Shown here: piece after piece, positions 1 to 9,200 of the stretch
How positions within the stretch are numbered: the stretch's first letter is position 1
Layout: the number at the start of each line of letters is the position of its first letter
Virus record (IMG/VR): IMGVR_UViG_3300031784_000077
Span: 1-39,080 of that record
From: a virus
Taxonomy: Duplodnaviria > Caudoviricetes
DNA length: 39,080 bases
Strand: one strand, 5' to 3'
Made by a program: the position numbers and the translations under genes
The notes under the pieces: model-generated
What the model was told of the DNA's origin: nothing
What the model saw: only the letters and a program-made list of their open reading frames with translations
The model's database searches: none

Positions 1-580
1 GTTTGCGGTCATCGAGGCCATGTGTGCCTCCGTTGATACGCTTCGTCAGCGCGAGGATTGCGGCATCGTTGATGCCCTGATCGCAGATACCCCACAACTT
101 GTTCTTGTCGAAGAACCACAGAGCGCTCTCGAAGCAGAGTTCACCGGCCACGAGGTCTGGGTTGTCCATCACGTCGGGGCGGCCAATATAGTCGGCGAAG
201 GCTTGGTAGTTGGCCTTCCCGGTGAGTTGGAGGGCACCCCTGCCCCGGTACTTCCAGCCGTCGCCGGAGGCCTCGTCGCCGTTGGCCATGCGGTTGGCGT
301 AGACGCGGTTGGCGATGCGCTGCGGCTGGCGTTCGTAATTCTTAGCCATGCCTTCGGTCGGGAAGTACTCGCCGAAGATGCCGCGCAGACCCTTCCAGCC
401 GTAGTTCAGGTTCTCGCTGAACGCCTTGAAGTTGCCGCTTTCGTGCGCCGTTTGAGCAAAGAAATGCGCAGCCCGATTGGGCGACAGCTTGTAGTAAGCT
501 GCCGCCGCCTTGAGCGTACCGGGGCCGAAAGCCCCGTCAGCCGTTACGCCGATTTTCTTTTGTAGATTAATTAGGCTCAT
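1..580 (-). CDS. Endolysin, glycoside hydrolase family 19 (3' end runs off the window; absent from the ORF track)
   Basis: Manual translation from the ATG at 580 (ATGA overlap with the upstream stop): MSLINLQKKIGVTADGAFGPGTLK...AAHFFAQTAHESGNF...ENLNY...RIANRVYANRMANGDEASGDGWKYRGRGALQLTGKANY...SALWFF...LTKRINGGTHGLDDRK. HESG, YRGRGxxQLTG and INGG are GH19 endolysin motifs; the N-terminal DGxFGPGT resembles a peptidoglycan-binding motif. Confidence 0.93.
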   Translation of the reverse strand, partial: MSLINLQKKIGVTADGAFGPGTLKAAAAYYKLSPNRAAHFFAQTAHESGNFKAFSENLNYGWKGLRGIFGEYFPTEGMAKNYERQPQRIANRVYANRMANGDEASGDGWKYRGRGALQLTGKANYQAFADYIGRPDVMDNPDLVAGELCFESALWFFDKNKLWGICDQGINDAAILALTKRINGGTHGLDDRK

Positions 581-1083
581 TTCCCTGCACTCCGCCAATC
601 TGGAAAGTCGTTTTCGTCAACTACGCCGTCGCCGTTGATGTCATAGCGCAGGTCACCGCGATACTTTTCCCAAGGCTCCATGTCATCGTCATCATCGTCG
701 TCAGGAAGGTCTGGCGTGTCGACGGCAGTCGTGCCCTCGTGGCCCATAGGCTCTGTTGCCTCCATCGCGGGCGTCAGGTCGAGTGGCGGCAGTGGCGCTG
801 GCGCAGGCTCTTCTGGCTCAGGGTCGTTGCGGTCTTCCGGCGGTGGCGGAACCAGCTCACCCTTCATGCCCATCAGCGTGGCGTAGGAACCAGCCACAGC
901 GCCGACGACCGAGGTCATGACGTAGCTGAGGAGACCGAAGACGTCCTTGTTGTCGATAATCTCGTTCGACACGAACAGGCCAACAATCATCGCGCAGGTG
1001 ATGGCGATGATGACAAACGCCATCGTCTTAGCCGCCAGCAAGAGCGCCTTGATGCGCGCTTCCAATAGTTTATCTTCCATCAT
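577..1083 (-). CDS. Putative holin-like membrane protein with Pro/acidic tail and EF-hand-like loop
   Basis: Two hydrophobic segments (MAFVIIAITCAMIVGLFV; VFGLLSYVMTSVVGAVAGSYATLM), directly upstream of and overlapping the endolysin; C-terminal DINGDGVVDEND. Confidence 0.55.
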   Translation of the reverse strand: MMEDKLLEARIKALLLAAKTMAFVIIAITCAMIVGLFVSNEIIDNKDVFGLLSYVMTSVVGAVAGSYATLMGMKGELVPPPPEDRNDPEPEEPAPAPLPPLDLTPAMEATEPMGHEGTTAVDTPDLPDDDDDDDMEPWEKYRGDLRYDINGDGVVDENDFPDWRSAGK

Positions 1084-1604
1084 CAGTCCTTTCCGGCCAG
1101 CGGGTTCGCCAGCGTCTTTTGAATACGTTCCGCAGTCTGGGCTTCAAGTTCCTTGACCCGACGCTGCTGCTCCTGATCCTGCTGGCGCAGTTGCTCTATG
1201 ATAGCGCGCTGCATGGCCATGTTCTGCGCGTCGCTATTCCTAACGCTGCTCGACACCGCGTCAACCGTCTGGCGCGTTCCGCTGACGCTGCTGGAAATGC
1301 TGCCCGTCATGTAATTCAGGGCTTCGCTGTTGATCTTGGTCAGGCGCTCGACGCTCGTGACGCGCTCATCCAGCACAGAAATGCGGCTTTCAATGCCCGA
1401 CAGATCAGGCGGCACATAAGCCGCCGTGACCTCCTTCATGGTCAAGAACTGCTGATACACCTGAAAGCCAGCCCAAAGACCACCAATGATGGTTGATAGG
1501 GCAGCAAAGATAATGGCAATTTTACCACTGCTCAGTTTACCAATGCTGAAGCTGAAGCCACTCTCGTCAAAGGCGACCTTGGGTTCCTCATCTGTATTGC
1601 TCAT
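1083..1604 (-). CDS. Single-pass membrane protein with long coiled coil (possibly spanin-like)
   Basis: Hydrophobic IAIIFAALSTIIGGLWAGF followed by heptad-rich segments (LSGIESRISVLDERVTSVE; LRQQDQEQQRRVKELE); overlaps both neighbours. Confidence 0.6.
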   Translation of the reverse strand: MSNTDEEPKVAFDESGFSFSIGKLSSGKIAIIFAALSTIIGGLWAGFQVYQQFLTMKEVTAAYVPPDLSGIESRISVLDERVTSVERLTKINSEALNYMTGSISSSVSGTRQTVDAVSSSVRNSDAQNMAMQRAIIEQLRQQDQEQQRRVKELEAQTAERIQKTLANPLAGKD

Positions 1605-3084
1605 CTACCATCTCCTGCCAGCGGGCGTCGTTTGTCTGCATCAGGCGATACAATTCGAAGTTTGCATCCGGCAGCCTGCGCCTGCGGTATATATCACGAA
1701 CTGCGTAAAAGTCAGCCCTGTCTTGCAGGGATGCCTGCGTGTATGCCGCGAACCCCGGCACCGCACCCATTTCCGAAATTGTTTCGCTTTGCCCCTCAGA
1801 CATTCCGCCTTCGGATTGCTGTGCGCTTGCGGTCGAGGCGGCGGGAGGGGGTGAGCCGACCCCCAAGACCTCAACCGCATTGGCCATGGACAGCGGGCTG
1901 ATGGGGGAGGTCGCCATATCCAGCGGCGACGCGCTTTGTGCCACCGACATTGTTGGCCCAAAAGAGATTGCCCCACCAAACGTGGTGTCGAAACGCATTT
2001 GTGTGGTAAACGCGCCAGACGCTGAGGCGTCCTGCGTTTCTTGAACAAAGCTGCTCTGCGCCTGTGTATTGGCTTGGACCTGCTGCGCCTCCTGCGCGGG
2101 GCCATCCTGTTGCATGCCGTCTTCAAAGTCTGGTCCGGTCGCGGCAAGCGCAGCAACCTCATCAGGGCTAAGGCGCTCAGCCGTGTCGGTTTCATCCGCA
2201 CTGACCTCCGCTTCAGCGCCAGCGCTTTCTGTGGCGGCTTCAGGCTCTTCTGCCGGTGCTACAGCTTCAGCGACCACCTCAACCTCTTCTGCCCGTTCCA
2301 GCGCAGCCTCAGCCACCTCCTGCACCCGATCCATCGCCTCCGGCTCAATGACCGCGCTCTGCTCCACAGCTTCGGTAATCGCGGCCACGGGATCAGGTAT
2401 AACGTCTACAGCGGCTGGCGGGCAGGTTGGGTCCATTGGCGTCACATTACAGTCAACGGCCACGACCTCAGGTTCAGGCGCAATCCATGACAGGATGCCG
2501 GACTGGTTCTGCATGAACTGCGCGTTGCGCCCATAAAAGAGGGTGATGTTATCGTCCGCAGTTGGGCCAGTAATCCCAGCGGTGAAGGTGTGGCCTCCAT
2601 TAAAGCCCAAATTGCCGTAATTCAGTTGTATCTTGCCGTCGGCAAAGAGGCCTATCTCGAAGGTGCTGCTGTTGTTCGTGCCATACTCGTTCACACCATA
2701 CCAGCCGAAGAGGATCGAGCCATTGTCGCGACGATAGTAAGGGTTGCCGGTAAAGCTGATTAGGTCTGACCAATAAGCGTAAATGGTATTGCGCTGCGCC
2801 ATTTCGATGGGCTGGCCGTTGCAGCACAAATGCGCCCCGCTTTGAAACGATACGAAGCCGTTGCTCGACACCCAAACGTCGGTGAAAGTCTGGCCCCAGT
2901 ACTCAAACTCAAAGCCAAGAGCGACGTTCCGCGTGTTGTCGTCGCCCAGATTGAGCGGCGTCATCGTCGTTGGAGCGCCAAGAATTTGTGGAGCCACCAA
3001 GACAGGCTCATAGGTCTGCGCGGAAACAGGTGCTGCGAAAGCCGATATAAGGAAAAGGATTTTAATCCTTGTCAGGGCGCGCAT
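1588..3084 (-). CDS. Exported protein with NIDO (nidogen)-like domain and acidic linker
   Basis: Probable true start is ATG 3084 rather than 3177, giving a signal peptide MRALTRIKILFLISAFAAPVSA. GDD..LGFEFEYWGQTFTDVWVSSNGFVSF...YWSDL...FEIGLFADGKIQLNYG resembles NIDO domains; a Glu/Ala-rich linker follows. Confidence 0.6.
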   Translation of the reverse strand: MRALTRIKILFLISAFAAPVSAQTYEPVLVAPQILGAPTTMTPLNLGDDNTRNVALGFEFEYWGQTFTDVWVSSNGFVSFQSGAHLCCNGQPIEMAQRNTIYAYWSDLISFTGNPYYRRDNGSILFGWYGVNEYGTNNSSTFEIGLFADGKIQLNYGNLGFNGGHTFTAGITGPTADDNITLFYGRNAQFMQNQSGILSWIAPEPEVVAVDCNVTPMDPTCPPAAVDVIPDPVAAITEAVEQSAVIEPEAMDRVQEVAEAALERAEEVEVVAEAVAPAEEPEAATESAGAEAEVSADETDTAERLSPDEVAALAATGPDFEDGMQQDGPAQEAQQVQANTQAQSSFVQETQDASASGAFTTQMRFDTTFGGAISFGPTMSVAQSASPLDMATSPISPLSMANAVEVLGVGSPPPAASTASAQQSEGGMSEGQSETISEMGAVPGFAAYTQASLQDRADFYAVRDIYRRRRLPDANFELYRLMQTNDARWQEMVDEQYR

Positions 3085-3946
3085 CGACGTTTTCTTCCCA
3101 CGCAGCGCTGGCTTCGTCGCCAATCTTACCCATGAACGGGCAAGGTGTGCCAGCCATTTCCATTGCCTTAAAAACACGGCGGTCTTGGCACAGGAGGCTC
3201 ACAGCGGCGACGCGCATACCCATGTCGTATAGGGTCTTAGACAGCTTCATGCGTTCGCAGTTTTGGTCGCGCACAGTGCGCCCAGCCGACAAGCCAATGA
3301 TTTGCGTCTGCACCGCACCAGACTGGCCGGTGGTGCAAAGATCTTGGCTGTAGGACATCATGCTTGGCGCGATGGCGCTGGGAGGTGGCGACTTGATATT
3401 CTGGTCGATTATCTGGCGACTGACGCTTTCGCTGTAGCTTTTGCTGTCGGACACGTTGACGTTGTTGTTCTGGTTGACGTTGTTCGTCGAGGCCGTGCTG
3501 TTGATCGTGCTATTGCTTGTGTCGATATTCCGGTTGGTATTGTCAGACGTGCTGTTCACGCTCTGGTTGATCGTGCTGTTGCTGGTGTCGTTATTGTAAT
3601 TGTGATTGGAATTCGAATTCACCGACGTGCTGGTGTTTTGGTTGATATTCGTCATGGTCCCAGAATTGATATTCTGGTTCACATTCGTACTGGTGGACGT
3701 GTTGTTATTGTTGTTGGTCACCGTCCCAGAATTTATGTTCTGGTTGACGTTCGTGTTGGTTGACGTGCTGGTGGACGTATTATTGTTGTTGTTCGTATTG
3801 GTGCTGGTGGACGTGTTGGTGTTGTTCGACGTGCTGTTGGTGGTCGTGTCGTAAACATAGGACACTGGCGCGGGGGTCGATTGTGCAATCACCATGGAAG
3901 CTGCACCGATTGTGGCCACAAAACCTATCAAAAAACGCTTCATCAC
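3062..3946 (-). CDS. Exported protein with Asn/Thr/Ser-rich repeats and Cys-containing C-terminal domain
   Basis: Signal-peptide-like MMKRFLIGFVATIGAASMVIA; about 150 aa of N/T/S low-complexity repeats (NVNQNINSGT twice); C-terminal domain with 4 Cys (DLCTTG, QNCERMK, LLCQD, TPCPF). Confidence 0.7.
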   Translation of the reverse strand: MMKRFLIGFVATIGAASMVIAQSTPAPVSYVYDTTTNSTSNNTNTSTSTNTNNNNNTSTSTSTNTNVNQNINSGTVTNNNNNTSTSTNVNQNINSGTMTNINQNTSTSVNSNSNHNYNNDTSNSTINQSVNSTSDNTNRNIDTSNSTINSTASTNNVNQNNNVNVSDSKSYSESVSRQIIDQNIKSPPPSAIAPSMMSYSQDLCTTGQSGAVQTQIIGLSAGRTVRDQNCERMKLSKTLYDMGMRVAAVSLLCQDRRVFKAMEMAGTPCPFMGKIGDEASAAWEENVDARPDKD

Positions 3947-4170
3947 CGATCCGCCTTGTTATCCAGCTTGTCCTCAATCCTGCGGAGATGGATCATCACC
4001 TCATCAAACTTTTTATCGATGGCGTTGAATTTTTCGTCGCCAAAGCCAAGGCGCGCTTCAAGTAGCGTCAACTTGTTGGTCAGATTTACCCATACAGTGA
4101 TCAGCGCCCCAACAAAAGTCAGGGCGGTGATGACAAAGCCGATGATGGTGAGCAGGGTATCAACCGTCAT
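3943..4170 (-). CDS. Small membrane protein (one TM helix plus coiled coil), holin/XhlA-like architecture
   Basis: LLTIIGFVITALTFVGALITVWV then LRRIEDKLD; 4-nt overlaps with both neighbours. Confidence 0.6.
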   Translation of the reverse strand: MTVDTLLTIIGFVITALTFVGALITVWVNLTNKLTLLEARLGFGDEKFNAIDKKFDEVMIHLRRIEDKLDNKADR

Positions 4171-4733
4171 AAGAGCGCATCCGCCTCAAGGGTAATGGTT
4201 GCCGTATCAAGCACAGTTGCTGTGCCAACCTTGCGGATTTGAAGCGTAATCTGCGCTGTTTCATACCCACCAGCATTCGCAAATGTATTCCACTCTTGAG
4301 TGCTTGATAGCGCCAGCCAAGCGCCGGTCACGCCAGCGTTCAAAGACCCATAAACAAGGGTGGCAAAGACCTCGTAGTTCGAGGCTTGCGATGTCGGCGT
4401 ACACCACTGCCCTATGTTACTGTAGGAATTGTTCAGGCGCTCGTCCGTTTGACCGCCGGATGTAAGGCGATACCCAGCGGTGGCACTTGAAAGCCCACCC
4501 GAAGCGTAAGAGATGTTTTGGTCGCTAATCGAAATTACGACATTGGTGGTGCCGTAAAAGTTTTGGATGCTGATTGCACCAGAGGAGGGAACGGCACCGT
4601 AAGTGCCAGTTGTGCCCGCCGGAACCAGACCGCCGCCTGCATAATACTCGCTTAGCGAAATGGGGTTTGTGCCACCAAATTCGCCTTGAATATCGGAAAG
4701 CGACAGCGGTACGCCGGGGCCCGGTAGTGCCAT
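4167..4733 (-). CDS. Putative fibre-tip adhesin / receptor-binding protein
   Basis: N-terminal LSLSDIQGEFGGTNPISLSEYY...VPSSGAISIQNFYG module of the kind that follows S74-terminated fibre genes, then a beta-rich C-terminal domain; coupled to the fibre gene at 4733. Confidence 0.6.
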   Translation of the reverse strand: MALPGPGVPLSLSDIQGEFGGTNPISLSEYYAGGGLVPAGTTGTYGAVPSSGAISIQNFYGTTNVVISISDQNISYASGGLSSATAGYRLTSGGQTDERLNNSYSNIGQWCTPTSQASNYEVFATLVYGSLNAGVTGAWLALSSTQEWNTFANAGGYETAQITLQIRKVGTATVLDTATITLEADALL

Positions 4734-6244
4734 TATTTTACTCCCCGAAGTTCATCCACCTCAGCGCGCAGTTCCTTTATGGCCTCGACAAGAAGCCCAA
4801 CAAGGTTGCCATAAGCCAGCGACAGAGTACCATCATTATCCGCGACCGCCTCTGGCAGCACGGCCTGAACGTCCTGTGCGATTAAACCTGTCTCACGATG
4901 GCCTGTATCTATGCGTGTGTAGGTATAGCCAGTCAGCGTATCGACCTTATCAAGCGCATCGCGTATCTGCGCCATGTCAGTTTTAAGCTTGGCATCGGAG
5001 TAAGCGGTTACGTTACCCGAAGCCGTGATGCTGCCTGAAGCCGTCAGGTTGACGATGCTGTAGCTATTGGCACTATTCAGAGCGTTGGCTGTTGTCGCCG
5101 TCGTAGCCGTTGTGGCGCTGGTGGCCGACGTTGCCGACGTTGCCGATGTGGCCGTCGCAGCGTTGCCACTGATGCTTATATTCCATGTGCCAGTGGCACC
5201 CGTGCCGTTGGGCTGGACAGGGGTATAGGTAAGAGCGGTCGTAATGTCTGCCGCACTAAGCGTAACCGCGCCCGTGCGGGTGTTAAAACTGGTAACGCCT
5301 GTGCCCAGAGCCTGTGAAACCCAAGCCGTTCCGTTGGATGTAAGTACATTGCCTGCGGTGCCGGGGGAGACAGCCGTAACAGCAGACGTGCCCGCGCCGA
5401 TCAGGACCGCGCCTGAGGTTAGCGTTGTGGCACCAGTGCCGCCATTGGCAACCCCCAGTGTGCCGCCAAGCGTCAGGGTTCCTGATGTGGTAATTGGGCC
5501 ACCGGACAGCGTCATGCCGGTGGTGCCACCCGATCCCGACACCGAACTTACGCTACCGCCGCTCACGCCAACGGCCACACCGTTAACAAAAAGGCCAGTC
5601 GCGTTAATTGTGCCAGCACCCTTTGCGCCAGCAGTAGGTGAGCCTACCTGAATGCCCGCAGAGGCATTGAGGCTGGTGATGTCGGTGTTGGTGCCTGAGG
5701 CAGCGGCTCCAAGACTGTTGCGGGCGTCCGCTGCGGTGGTCGCGTTTGTACCGCCATTGGCAATAGGGAGGGTCCCCGTTATCTTTGAGGCGGCAAGCGA
5801 TGTGATCCACGACGGGTTGGCGTAGCTGGAACTGATCAAGGCGGCGTTTGTTGTATTGAGGCCAACATTGGTGCCATCGCAAATAATCCCAATCGTATAC
5901 CCCTGCGGGACGGTAACGGTGCTACCGCCACCAGCCGAAGAGAATAGAATGGAAAATGCCCCGGACGTATTATTAAATATGTACCAGAAACCGCCGACGC
6001 CAGCAGGAAGCTGGTAATTGACGTTTGCTGTCAGCGTCCCTGTAATAGCAATAATCGGAGGCCTGTATTGCGATACTGATAGCGTCACAGTTCCAGACGC
6101 GCCAACAGCATTTATGGTTGTCGTGCCACCAAAAGCCGTATCGATGATGTCCCAGTCGTTGTTGACCGGGGTTGACCATGTGTTGTTATAGTCACCGTTT
6201 GCGGGCTTTTCGATATATTTATTGGTGGTATACGAACTGACCAT
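4733..6244 (-). CDS. Tail fibre with C-terminal peptidase S74 intramolecular chaperone
   Basis: Fibre motifs GTLPIANGGT, GTLGVANGGTGAT, VTSFNTRTGAVTL, ATSATSAT; C-terminal YSDAKLK...TGLIAQDVQAVLPEAV...YGNLVGLLVEAIKEL is the canonical S74 pattern. Confidence 0.88.
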   Translation of the reverse strand: MVSSYTTNKYIEKPANGDYNNTWSTPVNNDWDIIDTAFGGTTTINAVGASGTVTLSVSQYRPPIIAITGTLTANVNYQLPAGVGGFWYIFNNTSGAFSILFSSAGGGSTVTVPQGYTIGIICDGTNVGLNTTNAALISSSYANPSWITSLAASKITGTLPIANGGTNATTAADARNSLGAAASGTNTDITSLNASAGIQVGSPTAGAKGAGTINATGLFVNGVAVGVSGGSVSSVSGSGGTTGMTLSGGPITTSGTLTLGGTLGVANGGTGATTLTSGAVLIGAGTSAVTAVSPGTAGNVLTSNGTAWVSQALGTGVTSFNTRTGAVTLSAADITTALTYTPVQPNGTGATGTWNISISGNAATATSATSATSATSATTATTATTANALNSANSYSIVNLTASGSITASGNVTAYSDAKLKTDMAQIRDALDKVDTLTGYTYTRIDTGHRETGLIAQDVQAVLPEAVADNDGTLSLAYGNLVGLLVEAIKELRAEVDELRGVK

Positions 6245-6254
6245 GGGTTACTCC

Positions 6255-9200
6255 TTAGATGGCTTTCTGCGCGACAGCCAAGGCACTTGCTATAGCATCA
6301 TCGCGCTCATTTAGCAGGGGTTCCGTTGCCTTGTTCGAAACCTTTTTAGCCATTTTCGCTTTGTTCATCAACGCCTGAATAAGCGGCTCAATCCCGCCAA
6401 CCTTGCCGCCAGCCTTGTATGCAGCGCGACCGCCACGGGCTTGTGGTTGAGGTTGTTGTTGTTGTTGTTGTTCAAACTGGGCCGCTAATTTTTCAGCATC
6501 AGCTATGTTCTGGCTTTCCATCATTGCATTTGCATCTGAATCATTCTGAGCAGTTTGCTTCGCATCCTGATAGCCAGAAACAACACCAGATGTGCGAAGA
6601 GGCGCGTTAACAGTCCACTGAGGTATGTCCACTGAGTATTTTGGGGCCCCACCAAGTTCGTTGCGAAGCAAGCCAAGATCGGCAGCCCCTCGACTTGCGG
6701 GCCCGCTACCAAGCGCGCCTGTTCCCGCCATATAACCAAGCGTTCCAGTCGGGTCTATGGTACTCCCGGCAAGGTATCCGAAGGTGCCCCTTATAAGCGG
6801 CTTGGCCCTTTCGTAAATCCGTTGGCCAACACCCATGTTTGCGTCTAAATCACGGACAAGCTTAAAAGGCTCCCTTTGCGGGATTGCATTAGGGTCAGTA
6901 GCCGCCCGCGCAGCCATGCTCCGCTCAAAAAGGTTTGCTTCGTTGGGGTCAAGGATATTGCGGTTTCCGTAGGTGCTATGAAAAGCCGCAAGATCCTGCG
7001 GCGAAGCGCCCTGTTGGCCATACCCTGTACGGATATAATCTTGAACCAAGGTTGGGTCTGTCATAAGGCCGCGATTAGGGTCTGTAAGGACATCAATCAG
7101 GGCATTGGGGTTTTGATAAGATGGCGTGACACCCTTTTCCCCTACAAATTTATCCTTGAAGACGTCGCCAATGTAAGTGGCGGCATCTGGCTCACTTGAA
7201 AATACAAACCTGCCAGTCGCGGGATCGCGCTGTGTAAGGTCGAACGTCCTTTGCGCCGCTGTCCGAACAATATCGTTCGCGGGCGTTGGAGGGGCATCGA
7301 TGCCATTCTGCCGCCAGTTGCGGAATTCCTTGCGCGCCTCCGCCAAGTGGTTAATGGCTTCGTTAATTTTCGGTCCATTGTGCGTAGGAGCCATGTCAAT
7401 GGCTGTATTATCTAGCGCATCAACCTGTGCCATGGCGGCTTTGTAGTCGCCCATATTGCCACTTTGGTAAGCCTTCTGGGCAACCGCGTTCAGCCGCTTG
7501 CGCTCAATTTCCAAATTTTGCAAATTAAGCATGTTGCGCGGGGGCGCTTGACCAGCCGCAATACTCGCAGCGTTTTCTTGATTTAGATACCGAACCAAGT
7601 CGGGCAGCGCTGGCTTCCCGCTGTTGGCGTCAATCCAAGTGGGAATTGCGGGATTGTAAGTGTATGTTGTATTAATCCCCGGTATGGTCGCGGTTAAGGG
7701 TTCAACGGTCTGACCGTAGCCACCAATGTTTTTTATTGAATTATCAAAAGACGCCGCCGAATTTGGGAAAAGGCTGGGGTTTTTGGCCACATCTTGCGCG
7801 CTCAAGCCCTGCTTGCGGAGCGCGGCATCATATTCCTGTTGGAACTTTGTTACAAAGGCGTCGGGGTCAGTGTAAACACCGCCACCTTCGGTTTCCGCAG
7901 CTTTATCATATGACCACTGATATGCATTCCGCTTCTCAAGATCGGCCCGAATAAAATCTTCAGCAATGTCTTGGTAAGTTACAGGGTTGGCTCCCTGACC
8001 GCCCAAATTTTCGCTAAGGTAATCACCCAACTGGTTGGTGGTTGAGGTCCGCGCCGCTGCTTCCCGGTTGCTGGAAAACAAACCGCTTTGCCCCATGCCC
8101 TTGTTTTGCTGTAGAATGCCCGGAGGTTCATTCGTGGCTGTTGACCGGGTAATGCCTATGGCATCTTTGGTGTTTCTGGCGGGAACGCCAGTTAAGCCGC
8201 CGCCCTCTGGCGCTGCGGTGCGAATAGCACCCTCAGCCAAAATAGCAGGCGTGATGCCCTTACCCTTACGGTTGATTGTCTGATCGATTACGCCGCCAAT
8301 ATAAGGGGGAGCATAATTCTCGCGCTTAAAGCCACGTCCTTGGTCTTCAAGCGCATCGAATGCTGCGTTAGCTTCCTTCGAAAATGGGTTGTCAAATTTG
8401 TCGCCAGTTTCTGCCTGAAACTGCTCCCAAATGCCCCGTTGGGTCGGTATCGATATAATCTGCTCAGCAGGCACACCTGAATCAATAAGCTTTTGCTCTT
8501 CAGCCTTCTGGAAGGCACCCCACTCGCGATTAAATTCTGGGCTATAGATACTGACTTTGTATGGGGATATTTGGCGCGCGGTATTGACGCCGGTTTCTAT
8601 AGCCTGAGCGCCCACTTTGCCGACAATAGGCGTTATGGGATCAAGACCCCTGCCAGTCAGATCAAGGGCTTTGCCGGTCACGTCGAGCGCTTTTGTTAAT
8701 CCCTTCCCCACGTCGGTGGCTGCGGCACTTCTGTACACATCACGCGCAACTTTGGCCTTATCGACCACAGCGGTTCCAAAATCACGAACTGCCTGCATGG
8801 CTGAAGCGGTGCCCGAAAATTCTTCTGGGGAAACCAATCTTGTGCCCTTGAGGCGTGAAAGGTTTTGAACAAGCGATAGGCCATTCTCAAGGCCAGATGC
8901 CTTTCCTAACCATGATGCAACCTTAGAAAAGCCAGCACCGCCGCCAACAAAAAGTGATCCAACCTCAGCGGGGTGCTGCGTAAGGTCACGCGCAAAACCG
9001 TTCCAATCGAATGACAATTCCTTTGTCTTGGGGTTGTATACCCCATAAAGGGCCAAGGCCATTTTATAGTTTGCTAAATCCTCTTGGCGTCTTTTTGCAG
9101 CCGTTTCGAGGTCCATTTTGTTGGCATCGACAGGATCAACAAACGTAGGGGCAAAGGGGTTGAATCCCATAGGCATGAGCCCCGACTGCCACCCATTCCC

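Noticed and set aside
20-565. 181-aa plus-strand ORF
   Set aside because: Antisense shadow of the GH19 endolysin, which has clear catalytic motifs on the minus strand.
3085-3177. Extended N-terminus of the 529-aa ORF as given in the track (similarly 34205-34252, 21738-21764, 20201-20215)
   Set aside because: Downstream ATGs give better RBS or stop-start coupling, and for this gene a proper signal peptide, so the upstream extensions are probably not translated.
3606-3854. Extremely hydrophobic 82-aa plus-strand ORF resembling a membrane peptide
   Set aside because: Simply the reverse complement of the Asn/Thr codon tract; no independent evidence of expression.
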